64,000 nucleotides of DNA from Candidatus Dormiibacterota bacterium (GCA_003131685.1 PKWB01000147.1:1580-65579), one strand, 5' to 3'; counted from the stretch's first letter, positions 11,635 through 21,863 are shown. Notes: generated from the sequence alone by a model not told the origin. A program made the numbers and translations.

Positions 11635-12951
11635 ATGGCAGTGATTGCGCCTGTAACCGCGCCCGTCTCCAGTCCGATCGCGCTGCCTCCGGCTCCGAGG
11701 ACCGCAGAGGAGACCGGGCTCCCATTCAGCTTTGTCTGCGACCTCGTCCTCAAGGTGCTGTATTTCAACGGCAGCATGCTCGGTCGCGACATCGCCAACC
11801 ACCTCTGCCTGCCCTTCTCGTTCATCGACACCACCTCGCGATTCCTCGCCGACGAGGGGTACTGCTCGTCGACCGGCGTGCACACCGCGACCCTCGATCC
11901 GGGCGAGCCGATCAACGCGGGCATGCAGCATATGATCTCGACCACAGGCCGCCAGCGCGCCCGCGAGCTCCTCGAGATCAACCAGTACGCCGGCCCGGCA
12001 CCGGTGCCGATCGCCGACTACACGGCGATGGCTGAGCGCCAGTCCCACGTCGACGGGCAGGTCAACCGCGCCCGCCTCCACGATGCTTTCAGCCACCTGG
12101 TGCTGTCGGAGGTCGTGCTCGACCATCTCGGGCCGGCGCTGAGCGCGCGCCAGGCCGTCTTTCTCTACGGGCCTCCCGGCAACGGCAAGACGACCATCGC
12201 CGAGGCGGCGGCCTCGCTTCTCGGCGCGCCGATGTTCATCCCGCGTGCGCTCTACGTCCACGGCGAGGTGATCCGTTTCTACGACCCCATCCACCACGAG
12301 CCCATCGACCGCGAGCTGCCGCCCCACGACCGTCGCTGGCAGCTCGCCAAGCGCCCCGCGGTCAAGGTCGGTGGTGAGCTGACCCCACGGATGCTCGAGC
12401 TCGGTTTCGACCACACCCTCGGCTTCTACGAGGCGTCGATGCAGCTCAAGGCCAACGGCGGCCTCTTCCTGATCGACGACTTCGGCCGCCAGCAGAACAT
12501 GTCGCCGCGCGACCTCCTCAATCGGCTCATCGTGCCCCTGGAAAAGAAGGTCGACTACCTCAACATCCCCCGGGCCGGGTCGAGCATCCCGGTGCCCTTC
12601 ACCTGCATGGTGATGCTCTCGACCAACCTGCGGCCGCAGAACCTGATGGACGAGGCGTTCCTGCGCCGGGTGCGGTTCAAAGTGCACGTCCCGGATCCGA
12701 CCGTCGACGAGTACAAGGAGATCTGGCGGCGGAACTGCGTCGACAACAACCTGCGCATGGACGAGGGGCTCGTCGACCGCCTGCTCGAGAAGCATTATTT
12801 TGCGAAGGGACGGCCGCTGCACGGTACGCATCCTCGCGACCTGCTCAACCATGTGATCCACGCTGCGCTGTACCTCGGCAAGCCGGTCGAGTTGAACAGC
12901 GAGCTGCTGGAACTCGCCTGCGAGACCTATTTCGTCGATTCCGACGAGTAG
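11635..12951 (+). CDS. Orphan AAA+ ATPase of uncertain family, with a ~170-aa N-terminal domain and a DnaC/IstB-like DD-x-G Walker B
   Basis: Walker A FLYGPPGNGKTTIAE, Walker B GGLFLIDDFGRQ, sensor-1 VMLSTN and Arg-rich FLRRVRFKV. No partner genes nearby. Confidence 0.7.
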   Translation: MAVIAPVTAPVSSPIALPPAPRTAEETGLPFSFVCDLVLKVLYFNGSMLGRDIANHLCLPFSFIDTTSRFLADEGYCSSTGVHTATLDPGEPINAGMQHMISTTGRQRARELLEINQYAGPAPVPIADYTAMAERQSHVDGQVNRARLHDAFSHLVLSEVVLDHLGPALSARQAVFLYGPPGNGKTTIAEAAASLLGAPMFIPRALYVHGEVIRFYDPIHHEPIDRELPPHDRRWQLAKRPAVKVGGELTPRMLELGFDHTLGFYEASMQLKANGGLFLIDDFGRQQNMSPRDLLNRLIVPLEKKVDYLNIPRAGSSIPVPFTCMVMLSTNLRPQNLMDEAFLRRVRFKVHVPDPTVDEYKEIWRRNCVDNNLRMDEGLVDRLLEKHYFAKGRPLHGTHPRDLLNHVIHAALYLGKPVELNSELLELACETYFVDSDE

Positions 12952-13001
12952 GGCCGGCGCATGGTGCGCCGAGACGACAATAGGGGAGGAGGACTGCTGA
13001 G

Positions 13002-13484
13002 ATGCCCAAGACCCATACCTATGCGCTGACCGTGATCTGGACCGGCAACACCGGTACCGGGACGAGCGGATACCAGGCGTTCGAGCGGTCGCATGACGTC
13101 ACCATCGACGGCAAGCCGACCATCGCAGGGAGCGCGGATCCCGCATTCCGCGGCGCAACCGATCGCTGGAACCCCGAGGAGCTGCTGGTGGCGGCGCTGT
13201 CGCAGTGCCACATGCTCTGGTATCTCGTCCTCTGCGCCAAGGAGAGCATCGTCGTGACCGAGTACGTGGATCATCCGACCGGGACGCTCGTGGAGACGCC
13301 GGACGGCGGGGGGCATTTCGACGAGGTGTCACTGCACCCCCAGGTCATGATCGCGACGCCCGAGAAGATGGATCGGGCCATCGCACTGCACGAGAGGGCG
13401 CACGACCTGTGCTACGTCGCCAACTCCGTCAACTTCGCAGTGCGAACCGACCCGACCGTGGTCAGCGCTGTTGCTGCCGGCTAG
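13002..13484 (+). CDS. OsmC/Ohr-family peroxiredoxin-like protein
   Basis: 160 aa. Two conserved Cys in the typical OsmC context (LSQCHMLWY...HDLCYVANS). Confidence 0.8.
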   Translation: MPKTHTYALTVIWTGNTGTGTSGYQAFERSHDVTIDGKPTIAGSADPAFRGATDRWNPEELLVAALSQCHMLWYLVLCAKESIVVTEYVDHPTGTLVETPDGGGHFDEVSLHPQVMIATPEKMDRAIALHERAHDLCYVANSVNFAVRTDPTVVSAVAAG

Positions 13485-13519
13485 ATCACCGCGCGGCGTC
13501 GTGACCCGTCCTGTCCATC

Positions 13520-15067
13520 CTATCGCGATCCCGGCGCCGCGCCCGCGCCGTCGCCGTGCGGAAAGCCGTTGCGCACGTAGAACAGGAGGCCACCGTCGCG
13601 GACAAGCTGGAAATTCGCGCTGACATAAGCGCGGAGCGCAGCGTCTGGCGGGATGTCCCATATCGCGAAACGCGTGCTGGTCACCATGTAATCGGAACGT
13701 TCAACCTCGTTGGTCCAGAGGTGCTCTGCGCCCGCCGACCCATATCCATACGAGAGGGTTGCGCCCTGGGGATCGATCATCGTGTTGCATCCGGACGGGG
13801 CCGCGACGAATCGATTGGTGGTCACCAGCTTTGAGGGTGCGTCCGAAAGCACGCAGGCTCCCGGAGGGATCACGCCGTCGACCACCGCAGCGATGTCGGG
13901 CGCGGCGACACCGGGGATTGCGACCAGCTGACTGATGCACAGGACGCTCACCCCGGTTGTGGCGATCGCCAGCGCCACACGGGGCGACCTCTCCGCAACG
14001 AGGCGGGCGAGTGAGATCCCCAGCAGCAGGGCGAGGAAGGGGGCCATGAACGCCGCGTACTGTGGGAAGTAGTAAGCGGGCCCGAGCTGTGCGAGTGCCG
14101 CAAGCGCTGTCGCGCTGATCGCGAACCACTCAAGTGGCGATGGCTTCCTGCGCGGAGGCAACGCGAAGGCCGCGATCACGATTGCGATGAGCACGACGGT
14201 GCCGGCAATCGCCACCAGAGCGCTGCCGCCAAACGCGAAGACACCGGTGAGCTCACCGAGCCGCGCCGAGATTGAAACTCGACTTGCCACCGGTATATAG
14301 CTCAACGGGCTCAGGACGTCGCGGATGAACGAGCCAGGCGCGAGCAGGAAGAACGGCAACGTTGGAACGCCGAAGCCCGCGGCGACACCGACGAGGAACG
14401 GGACGAGGCGACGCCGGATCTCTGGCAAGCACAGCACGAAGACGACGAGCACCGGGACGATCGCCGGCGATTTCACCAATCCGGCAATGCCGAAGGCGAC
14501 GCCACCAAACAGCAGACGGCGGCGCGACGAGGTGAACCCGTCGCCGTCGAAGATGAGCGCGAGCCCCGCCAGACAGAAGAAATCGACGACGGACTCCAGC
14601 AAACCACTGCGCAGCGCGTACACCTCAGCGGGAAAGAAGGCCATGACACCGCACGCGACGATCAACGCGCTGCGGCCCCGGTGACGGATCACCGTTCCGA
14701 CGAGGATCACGCTCCCTGCCGAGAGCAGCGGTGTGCCGAGACGCAACACCGCGAGCGCATCGCGAGTGCCGATCCATTCGGAGAGCGCTGCGAACGGGGT
14801 TGCCAGGAGCGTGAATCCGGGCGGCTGGATGAGGTCGAAGTCCCGATACGGGATCGCACCATGGACCAGCCTGATTGACGCCCCGATCCACACGGAGATG
14901 TCGGGAGTGATCCCGAAAAGTAATCCGGGCCGGCTCAGCTGATAGAGCGTGATGCCCGCGGCCAGCGCCGCGGCAACCACGATGATCGCTGTACCGGCTC
15001 TGTCGACGGGTCGCTTCCCCGGATGGGCGTCCGAGTCCGGCATGGTGCCGGGGAGACGAGCCCCCAT
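13520..15067 (-). CDS. GT87/DUF2029-like polyprenyl-phosphate-mannose-dependent membrane glycosyltransferase (GT-C fold). Start uncertain: the ORF is open to 15244.
   Basis: About 10 TM segments. Early lumenal-loop motif IPYRDFDLIQPPG resembling the DUF2029 (PimE/MptA-like) Y-R-D-F...PP motif. Confidence 0.55.
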   Translation of the reverse strand: MGARLPGTMPDSDAHPGKRPVDRAGTAIIVVAAALAAGITLYQLSRPGLLFGITPDISVWIGASIRLVHGAIPYRDFDLIQPPGFTLLATPFAALSEWIGTRDALAVLRLGTPLLSAGSVILVGTVIRHRGRSALIVACGVMAFFPAEVYALRSGLLESVVDFFCLAGLALIFDGDGFTSSRRRLLFGGVAFGIAGLVKSPAIVPVLVVFVLCLPEIRRRLVPFLVGVAAGFGVPTLPFFLLAPGSFIRDVLSPLSYIPVASRVSISARLGELTGVFAFGGSALVAIAGTVVLIAIVIAAFALPPRRKPSPLEWFAISATALAALAQLGPAYYFPQYAAFMAPFLALLLGISLARLVAERSPRVALAIATTGVSVLCISQLVAIPGVAAPDIAAVVDGVIPPGACVLSDAPSKLVTTNRFVAAPSGCNTMIDPQGATLSYGYGSAGAEHLWTNEVERSDYMVTSTRFAIWDIPPDAALRAYVSANFQLVRDGGLLFYVRNGFPHGDGAGAAPGSR

Positions 15068-15512
15068 GTCGCTTTTCTGCGTGGCACCTTCGGGCTGCGG
15101 TGGGATCACTCTCCGGCTCTTATACACCCCGCCCAGTCTGGCCTGGCCCGGGGGTCTGGAAGCGGCCGCCTCGATAAACGTTCCCGGCGTGCAACCATGA
15201 TGAATTGGACAGGCAAACTCGGGCGCCAAGGCATTCGGCTCCACGTTTACATCCGGCTGGGCCAGTCGTCGCGGAGGGATAAGCGTAATAACGAACCATC
15301 CGCGCAGCGGCGGGGATCAGCCAGATTGCACGCAGGATCGGGCGACGATTGAACATCGCACGCTCACCGCGCTGATTCCGAGAGTCGCCACCATCACCCT
15401 GCTCGCTCTGATTGTCGCCACGTTCGTCGCGAACAACAATCAGACCGGGAGCGCCAACAAACCTGTCTACGTTGCCATCCTCATCCTTGCGGCCGCGACA
15501 ACAGTTCTGTTC

Positions 15513-17285
15513 GTGCGATATGGCCGCCCGATCCGCCTCGACGCGGCCCTCGCAGTCGTGTCATCCCTTGGTCTCCTCTGGGGGATCTGGACGATCGAAC
15601 GCCCCCAGCTGCTCAACTTTGGGTACTGGGAAGGCTTCGGCTTCGATGTGGCGCTGGCGGCGTTGGCTTTGCTTCTCCTGTTCCGAGCCGTGTGGCCGCC
15701 GCGCCGTCTCGCGGCACCGCTCCGTGTCGCCCTCAGCACGCTTGTGGTCGCCATTTGTGCATTTGACGTTCTCGGTGCGATCCGCACTCTCGACTACATG
15801 CCAGCGGTCAACAACAACCTCAATGAGATCAACGACATCCTTGGCCCTTCCGTCGGGAAGATACCCGACTCGTCCTTCATCCCCCAATACACCTCGCTGT
15901 ACGGTTGGTTGATCGAGCCGCTCAAGGGTGTGCTCTCGCCGTTGGCACTCGTGGGCGCGATCGCCATCATGCTGACCGTGCTCGGCTTCGTCACAGTCGC
16001 TCTCGCCGTGTGGGTGGTGAAGCGAGTGCTCCCAGAGAGAGGATGGGTGCTTGCACTGGCACTGGTGGTCCCAATCACCTATGTCACTTCGCACGCCACC
16101 GGCGATATCAGTTCGATTGCCAGCCTGTTTCAGGAGCTTGCCATTCGACTGTTTTCGGGGTTCCTCATCGCTGCGATCGGACTCCACGACCTCATCCTCA
16201 TGTACCACGGCACCCTCCGCGCGCGGCGACTCGTGGCGGTTGGCGCGGTCTGCGGCCTCATCGCGTGGAACTCGCAGGACTTCGGAGCGGCGGCAATGGT
16301 GACCTACGGTCTCATGGTGCTTGTTGTCCCAAGGCCGCCGATCCGATGGCGAGCGCGCGGATTCTGGCTGACCGGCCTGGCCGTCGGCCTGGCGCTCTAC
16401 CCGCTCTTTCTTTTGGCCATCGGATCGCCGCTGAACCTGAGCTTCGTCGGAGCGTTCGCCAAACTCGCCGGGTCGGGATTCGGGTCAGCGCCGATACAGG
16501 TGCCCGGTCCGGTCCTTGTGGTCGTCCCCATCATCATCAGTGCAACCGCCGCAGGATGGGCCCTGATTGCCGCACGGCCCGAGCGCACGTCCGGTGACGG
16601 GGCCCTCGACCGGGCGGCGATCACTCTGGCATTCGTCGGGACGTGGTCCGTTGTCGGCTTGGTCTACTACATCAGTCGCGGCTACGCCGCTGCACAGCTG
16701 CAATCAATGCTGCTTCCCTGCGGAGTGTGCGTGGCATGCCTCGCATCCATCGTGATGCGCAGCGAACGATTGGAGAGGTCTGATCGGGCGCAGGGCGTCC
16801 CGACGATATGGGACGGGCTGTCGGGTAAGGTGACCCTGCTTCCTGTCGGTCTCTCTGTCTGCCTCTGCTTCGCCTCGGCATTGCTCACGCCCGATCCGGT
16901 GCTTGCCACCACTGAACTGCTCCACCCACCGGCCGGAGGTGGCTATACGACATACGATCTTCCCCAGATCGCGTCAGCTGTCGAGCGGGCGCGATCTTAC
17001 ACAGCCGGCAGTCCAGGAGCGCTGACATATCTTGGTGAAAGCTTCAACTATGTGGCGCTCGCGATGCACGTACCGAGCGATGCGATTCTGTTCCCTTACG
17101 CCCTTTCACCGGCGAGCGACCAGAGCGTTGTGCAAATCGAGTGTCAGTATCTCGATGACCATCACTCACGTTGGTTGGTGCTGTCGGCGAACGCGCTTGC
17201 CGCATTTGGCCCCGGCGTGTGCGGTCGTTACCGCGCCATAGGCGTGCAAGGGCTGACATACGGTCAGCTTCAGGAGTTGAAATGA
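15513..17285 (+). CDS. Large polytopic membrane protein, GT-C-like candidate; N-terminus may extend upstream (see findings)
   Basis: 590 aa with 12 or more hydrophobic segments and a soluble C-terminal region. Divergent from the GT87 gene. Confidence 0.5.
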   Translation: MRYGRPIRLDAALAVVSSLGLLWGIWTIERPQLLNFGYWEGFGFDVALAALALLLLFRAVWPPRRLAAPLRVALSTLVVAICAFDVLGAIRTLDYMPAVNNNLNEINDILGPSVGKIPDSSFIPQYTSLYGWLIEPLKGVLSPLALVGAIAIMLTVLGFVTVALAVWVVKRVLPERGWVLALALVVPITYVTSHATGDISSIASLFQELAIRLFSGFLIAAIGLHDLILMYHGTLRARRLVAVGAVCGLIAWNSQDFGAAAMVTYGLMVLVVPRPPIRWRARGFWLTGLAVGLALYPLFLLAIGSPLNLSFVGAFAKLAGSGFGSAPIQVPGPVLVVVPIIISATAAGWALIAARPERTSGDGALDRAAITLAFVGTWSVVGLVYYISRGYAAAQLQSMLLPCGVCVACLASIVMRSERLERSDRAQGVPTIWDGLSGKVTLLPVGLSVCLCFASALLTPDPVLATTELLHPPAGGGYTTYDLPQIASAVERARSYTAGSPGALTYLGESFNYVALAMHVPSDAILFPYALSPASDQSVVQIECQYLDDHHSRWLVLSANALAAFGPGVCGRYRAIGVQGLTYGQLQELK

Positions 17286-17319
17286 CCTGTGCGGCCAACC
17301 CGCTGTGTGTGGTACGCAG

Positions 17320-18726
17320 CTAACCCGACCGCCGGGCGCGCCGAGGAATGTTCGCCCACGCCGCGTCGATTGCCTTGATCTCACCGCTCAACGACGCATC
17401 GGTGGCCACCTGACCGGAGCGAACGTAACGCTCGTGGTTCACCTCAAGCCGCTGCGGGTCGTAGACGTAGTTGACCATCACGCCGTGCGATTGCTGTCCC
17501 CGGGGTGACAGGTCTCCGTCGGGGTTGATGCGCTTCAGCCTGGCGCCATTGGCGAGGTGGAAGTGGCCGACGCTGTCGGCGATGCGGCCGCGGACCTTGA
17601 CATGGAGCAGGTCGGCGAGTGCGAGGCGCCCGGCGATGCGCGCGACCACCGGTGCGTGCGGGCTGGGAGCCCGAAGCAGCAGATGCAGCGCCTCGAGCTC
17701 GTCGCTCGACGCAGCGAGACGGCGGAGCTCCTCATGGTTGCCCGCGGTGAGCGCGCGCAGCCGCTCATCGGTGAAACCGTCAACGTTGTCCCGATCCGCA
17801 ACCGCCCGTGCCAGGCTCGGCACCGGCGACAGCGTTGCGAAGGTTCGGAGCCCCGGCAGCTCGGCCGTCAACTCGCGAACCACCTGCTTGATGAGGAAGT
17901 TGCCAAACGAGATCCCGCGCAGCCCGGGCTGGCAGTCGCTGATCGAGTAGAAGACGGCGGTGTGGGCCTCGCGAATGTCGGCGATCGGCCGTCCCGCCCC
18001 GAGGAGCGGGGCGATCGCGGTCGGCAGATCACGGGTCAGCGCGATCTCCACGAAGATCAGCGGCTCACCCGGAAGCAGTGGGTGGAAGAAAGCGAAACAG
18101 CGCCGGTCCGCGGCAAGGCGCAGGCGGAGGTCGTCCCACCCGTGAATCTCATGCACCGCCTCGTACGCGATCAACCGTTCCAGGGTCGCCGCCGGAGTCT
18201 CCCAGCTGATCTGCTCGAGACGCAGGAAGCCGCCGTTGAACCATGACGAGAGCAGATGACGCAGGTCGGCATCGACGCCACGGAGGTGCGGGCGCGCAGG
18301 GAGCAGCGTGAGCAGCAACCCGCGCAGCTTCACGAGCGCGGCGGCGCCGCCTCCGACCATGTTGAGCCGGCGGAAGAGCTCCTGCCGAGGTGCCTCGGTC
18401 GCGATGGCGAGCGCCATCACGGCCTCGTCGGTGGGATCCAACCGCCAGCGCGCAACCGCCGCCGCCACCGCCTCGGAGGACGGGGAGAAGGAGCCGGCCA
18501 GCACCTCCAGGAACTCGGCCATCTCCGCATTGCTCATCCGCTCCAGCGCGCGCACCACCTCGGTCGCGAGCGCGAGACCGGACGCCTCGCCGCGGCGGGC
18601 GATCAGCCGGTCGCACGTTGCCGCCAGGCCCGCAATGCCATGGCTCCCTCCCGACCCCCGACCCAGCATCGCCCGGCCCCGATCAGCGACGGCGGTCACG
18701 TGCTCAAGCCACGTCGGCGGCGTCAT
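17320..18726 (-). CDS. Malonyl-CoA decarboxylase family protein
   Basis: FYSISDCQPGLRGISFGNFLIKQVV matches the MCD catalytic-domain signature. Start ATGA-overlaps the gntR stop. Confidence 0.8.
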   Translation of the reverse strand: MTPPTWLEHVTAVADRGRAMLGRGSGGSHGIAGLAATCDRLIARRGEASGLALATEVVRALERMSNAEMAEFLEVLAGSFSPSSEAVAAAVARWRLDPTDEAVMALAIATEAPRQELFRRLNMVGGGAAALVKLRGLLLTLLPARPHLRGVDADLRHLLSSWFNGGFLRLEQISWETPAATLERLIAYEAVHEIHGWDDLRLRLAADRRCFAFFHPLLPGEPLIFVEIALTRDLPTAIAPLLGAGRPIADIREAHTAVFYSISDCQPGLRGISFGNFLIKQVVRELTAELPGLRTFATLSPVPSLARAVADRDNVDGFTDERLRALTAGNHEELRRLAASSDELEALHLLLRAPSPHAPVVARIAGRLALADLLHVKVRGRIADSVGHFHLANGARLKRINPDGDLSPRGQQSHGVMVNYVYDPQRLEVNHERYVRSGQVATDASLSGEIKAIDAAWANIPRRARRSG

Positions 18727-19511
18727 GGCAGAAGGTGATCCTCGACCGGTGGCTCCCATCGGAGCAGGGCAACGTCGGCGACCTGGCGCAAGTGAGCCCG
18801 CATGGCATCAGCCGCACCTGCCGTCTGTCCTGCCTCGATCGCCTCGAGGATGCGTCGATGGGCGAGCAGCGAGTTCTTCGGCCGGTCCGGCTCGCTGAGG
18901 GATTCCATGCGGCTCTCGTGAATCGCCTCGGCGAGCCCGTCGATGACGTGCTCAAGCACCTTGTTATTGCCGGCGCGGTGGACCGCATGATGAAAGGCGG
19001 CATCTCCGTCCATCCCAAGCCCCGCGGACGCGATCTCATCCTCCATCGCAACCAGCGCAGCCCGCATCGCCACGATGTCCTCATCGCTGCGCCGGATGGC
19101 CGCGAGCTCGGCGAGCCGTACCTCGAGGAGCTCGCGAGCCTCCAGCACCTCGGGAAGCCGGCGACGCCGTTCCACGAGCTTGTGCAGCACGCCGCCGAAT
19201 CCACGGCTGCGACGGAGGAAGACGCCACCGCCGTGGCGCACCTCGATGAATCCCTGGGCCTCGAGAACCGCGAGCGCCTGGCGCAGCGAGGCTCGGCTGA
19301 CCTGGAGGCGCGACGCCAGTTCGCGCTCAGGCGGGAACCGCTCCCCGACCTCGAGGTTGGTGCGGATCACGAATTCGCCCAGACGCTCGACGAGGTCCTC
19401 GTACAAGCGCGTGCGCCCCAGTGGACGGAGCGGCGAGGTGTCGAGGGTCACCCGAGGAATTATGCGCGTAACAATTGGACTATCCACTGAGCCATTGACA
19501 TAGTTGTCCAC
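18723..19511 (-). CDS. GntR-family (FadR/FCD subfamily) transcriptional regulator; start may be the internal GTG at 19451
   Basis: wHTH (RFPPERELASRLQVSRASLRQALAVLEAQGFIEVRHGGGVFL) plus a C-terminal all-helical FCD-like domain. Confidence 0.75.
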   Translation of the reverse strand: MDNYVNGSVDSPIVTRIIPRVTLDTSPLRPLGRTRLYEDLVERLGEFVIRTNLEVGERFPPERELASRLQVSRASLRQALAVLEAQGFIEVRHGGGVFLRRSRGFGGVLHKLVERRRRLPEVLEARELLEVRLAELAAIRRSDEDIVAMRAALVAMEDEIASAGLGMDGDAAFHHAVHRAGNNKVLEHVIDGLAEAIHESRMESLSEPDRPKNSLLAHRRILEAIEAGQTAGAADAMRAHLRQVADVALLRWEPPVEDHLLP

Positions 19512-19523
19512 GTCGGAGCAGAA
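19494..19523 (+). promoter_or_regulatory. Candidate sigma70-like promoter (TTGACA-N17/18-CAGAAT) for the ABC operon, with GTCCAC/TCCAC half-sites that could be the GntR operator
   Basis: TTGACA at 19494-19499 followed by tagttgtccacgtcggagcagaat. Sits in the divergent gntR/SBP intergenic region. Sequence resemblance only. Confidence 0.25.
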
Positions 19524-19576
19524 TCCCGCCAGTATCGGGTACGGCCCTTAGCTGGGCCACTGACGGAGGTTGGACA

Positions 19577-20878
19577 GTGTCGCCGACAGTCTTGGCCCGG
19601 AACCCGCAAACGCGTGCTTCGAAGCGCTTCCTCACCGCCATTGCCGTGGCCGTTGTTGTCGCTGCCTGCGGCAGCTCCACGCCCGCTACTTCGGGCGGCG
19701 GCACCATCAAGACCGACAGTGCCGGCCACGTCTCGTTCGGCGTGCTCTCGTGCTTCACCGGCCCGCTTGCCGTCCTCGGGCAGGCGATGCTCCAGGGCTC
19801 GCAGGTCGCGCAGAAGGTGATCAACGACTCGGGCGGTGTGCTCGGAAAGCAGCTGGACCTCAGTCACGCGGATACGCAATGCGACGAGGCGGATGCGGTA
19901 CCCGCGGTGCGTCAGCTCCTTTCCACGGACAGCGTGAGCGGCATCATCGGGCCGGAGACCCAGGAGATCGCCGCAGTGTCGCCGATCGTGAGCGCCGCCA
20001 AGATCCCCACCGAGTTCCAGGGCGGAAGCACCGCCTTCGACAAGAACACCAACCAGTACCTGTGGCGCGACAGCCCGTCGGATTCGCAGCTCGGCGTGGC
20101 CATGGCCCTCTACGCCAAGCAGAAGGGTTACAAGACGGCGGCTCTGCTGTTCTCCTCGGACATCGCCCAGCAGACGATTCCCAAGCCGATCACCGCGACA
20201 TGGGACAAGTTCGGCAACACCATCGTCTCCAACATCACGGTTGCGCCCGGGCAGACCTCGTATCTCACCGAGGTCCAGCAGATCATCGCCGCGCACCCAG
20301 ACGTGATCTTCACCCAGCTCGATCCACAGACGGCGGCGGTCATGTTCCAGAACTTCAAGGAGCTCGACAACCTCGCGATCCCGATCGTCGGCACTGATGT
20401 GACCAGCGGGAACGACTATCTCAAGGCCATCACCTATCCGATCGCTCATGCGCACCTCGTCTCGGTGTACGGCACCAATGCAACCGGCGCCGCCGCCGAC
20501 AACTTCGCCGCAGCATTCGCCGCGCAGAACGGCGCCAACGCGCAGCCGATCGCCGGCGCCAACTACGCGTACGACGCGGTGTTGAGCCTCGCGCTCGCCA
20601 TGGACAAGGCGGGCACCACCGACGGTCCGGCGGTGATCGCTGACATGAAGCAGGTGACCAACCCGCCCGGGACACCGTGCGACACCTACAAGGCGTGCCT
20701 CGCGGGGATCAAGGCCGGGACCAAGATCAAGATGGACGGAGCCAGTGGTGACCTCATCTTCAACAGCTTCAACAACGTCTTCGGCCCGTACGGAGCCTTC
20801 CAGGCCGACGCCACAAGCGGTGCCGAAACCCAGATTGCCCTTCTCTCCGCAACGGACCTTGCCGCTGCAACTCCCTGA
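19577..20878 (+). CDS. ABC transporter substrate-binding lipoprotein, LivJ/LivK (Peripla_BP_6) family
   Basis: Lipobox signal (VVVAACGSS). Type I periplasmic-binding fold motifs. Followed by livHMGF-type genes. Confidence 0.85.
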   Translation: MSPTVLARNPQTRASKRFLTAIAVAVVVAACGSSTPATSGGGTIKTDSAGHVSFGVLSCFTGPLAVLGQAMLQGSQVAQKVINDSGGVLGKQLDLSHADTQCDEADAVPAVRQLLSTDSVSGIIGPETQEIAAVSPIVSAAKIPTEFQGGSTAFDKNTNQYLWRDSPSDSQLGVAMALYAKQKGYKTAALLFSSDIAQQTIPKPITATWDKFGNTIVSNITVAPGQTSYLTEVQQIIAAHPDVIFTQLDPQTAAVMFQNFKELDNLAIPIVGTDVTSGNDYLKAITYPIAHAHLVSVYGTNATGAAADNFAAAFAAQNGANAQPIAGANYAYDAVLSLALAMDKAGTTDGPAVIADMKQVTNPPGTPCDTYKACLAGIKAGTKIKMDGASGDLIFNSFNNVFGPYGAFQADATSGAETQIALLSATDLAAATP

Positions 20879-20882
20879 CGCT

Positions 20883-20933
20883 GACGCCTCGGGGGTAACG
20901 CGCCGACGCAACGCGCGCTGCCCCCGTGGCGTC
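20883..20933 (+). terminator. Intergenic GC-rich stem-loop between the SBP and permease genes (possible partial terminator or attenuator)
   Basis: GACGCCTCGGGGG...CCCCCGTGGCGTC imperfect inverted repeat (13-nt arms, 1 mismatch) with a GC-rich loop. No U-tract. Confidence 0.35.
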
Positions 20934-20981
20934 GCCGATCTGCTCGCGCCGTCCAGTCGAATCCTTGGAGAATCGGTCTAA

Positions 20982-21863
20982 GTGCACGAGGCTCTCCTCA
21001 CCCTGGGCTTTGGCTTGGTGGCCGCCGCGATCCTCTCGCTCTCCGCCCTGGCGTTCACGCTCGAATATTCCGTGACCAACGTGGCCAACCTCTCCCACGG
21101 CGAGATCCTCACGGTCGGCGCGTACTGCGCGTATCTCGTGCAGCAGCATGGCGGTGGCGTCATCCTCTCGGGACTGGCTGCGGCCGCCGGCGGTGGGCTC
21201 CTTGCCCTCGCGGTGCACAACGGTGTCGTCGATCGATTCGTGCGCAGGGGCATCGGCGGGCTGCCCACCTTCATCGCCACGCTCGGTGTCTCGCTCGTCA
21301 TCCAGAACGTGCTGGTGATCATCTTCGGCGCCTCCAACCTCGGGTACGCGGTCCCGCAGGGGGCGCCGCGAACCGTTGGTCCATTCCTGTGGACCGACAC
21401 CGAGATTCAGATCATGGTGTCCACGGTGGTGATCACTGCATTGCTCTATGTGATCATCGTGCACACGCGCTTCGGCAAATCACTCCGCGCGGTCTCTCAA
21501 AACCGTTCGCTGGCAAGGGTTTCGGGGATCAACGCGAATCGCGTTGCGGCGCTGACGTGGTTGCTCGCCGGGTTGATCGGCGGCTATGCCGGCTTCATCC
21601 TTGCCGAGAGCGTTGGCACCTTCAGCCCCTATTCCGGCTTCAGCTTCTTCCTGATCACGCTGACCGCAGCCGTTGCGGGCGGGCTGGGGAGAGCGGTGGG
21701 CACGCTGGTGGGCGGGGTCATCGTCGGAATCGCGCTGGAGTTCTTCGGCGGATACGTCAGCGCGAGCTATAACCTGGCGTTCGCCTTCGCGATCCTCTCA
21801 CTGGTGATCCTCGTCCGTCCGCGGGGGCTCTTCGTCGGCGGGAGGCGGAGCGTCTTCGAATGA
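20982..21863 (+). CDS. livH: Branched-chain amino acid-type ABC permease (LivH family)
   Basis: 293 aa, about 8 TM segments, BPD_transp_2 architecture. First of two paired permeases after the SBP. Confidence 0.85.
   Translation: MHEALLTLGFGLVAAAILSLSALAFTLEYSVTNVANLSHGEILTVGAYCAYLVQQHGGGVILSGLAAAAGGGLLALAVHNGVVDRFVRRGIGGLPTFIATLGVSLVIQNVLVIIFGASNLGYAVPQGAPRTVGPFLWTDTEIQIMVSTVVITALLYVIIVHTRFGKSLRAVSQNRSLARVSGINANRVAALTWLLAGLIGGYAGFILAESVGTFSPYSGFSFFLITLTAAVAGGLGRAVGTLVGGVIVGIALEFFGGYVSASYNLAFAFAILSLVILVRPRGLFVGGRRSVFE

Noticed and set aside
11587-12861. 424-aa minus-strand ORF antisense to the AAA+ ATPase gene
   Set aside because: Shadow ORF. The plus-strand product has intact Walker A/B motifs.
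19460-20911. 483-aa minus-strand ORF antisense to the SBP gene
   Set aside because: Antisense shadow ORF. The SBP gene has a signal peptide, lipobox and operon context.
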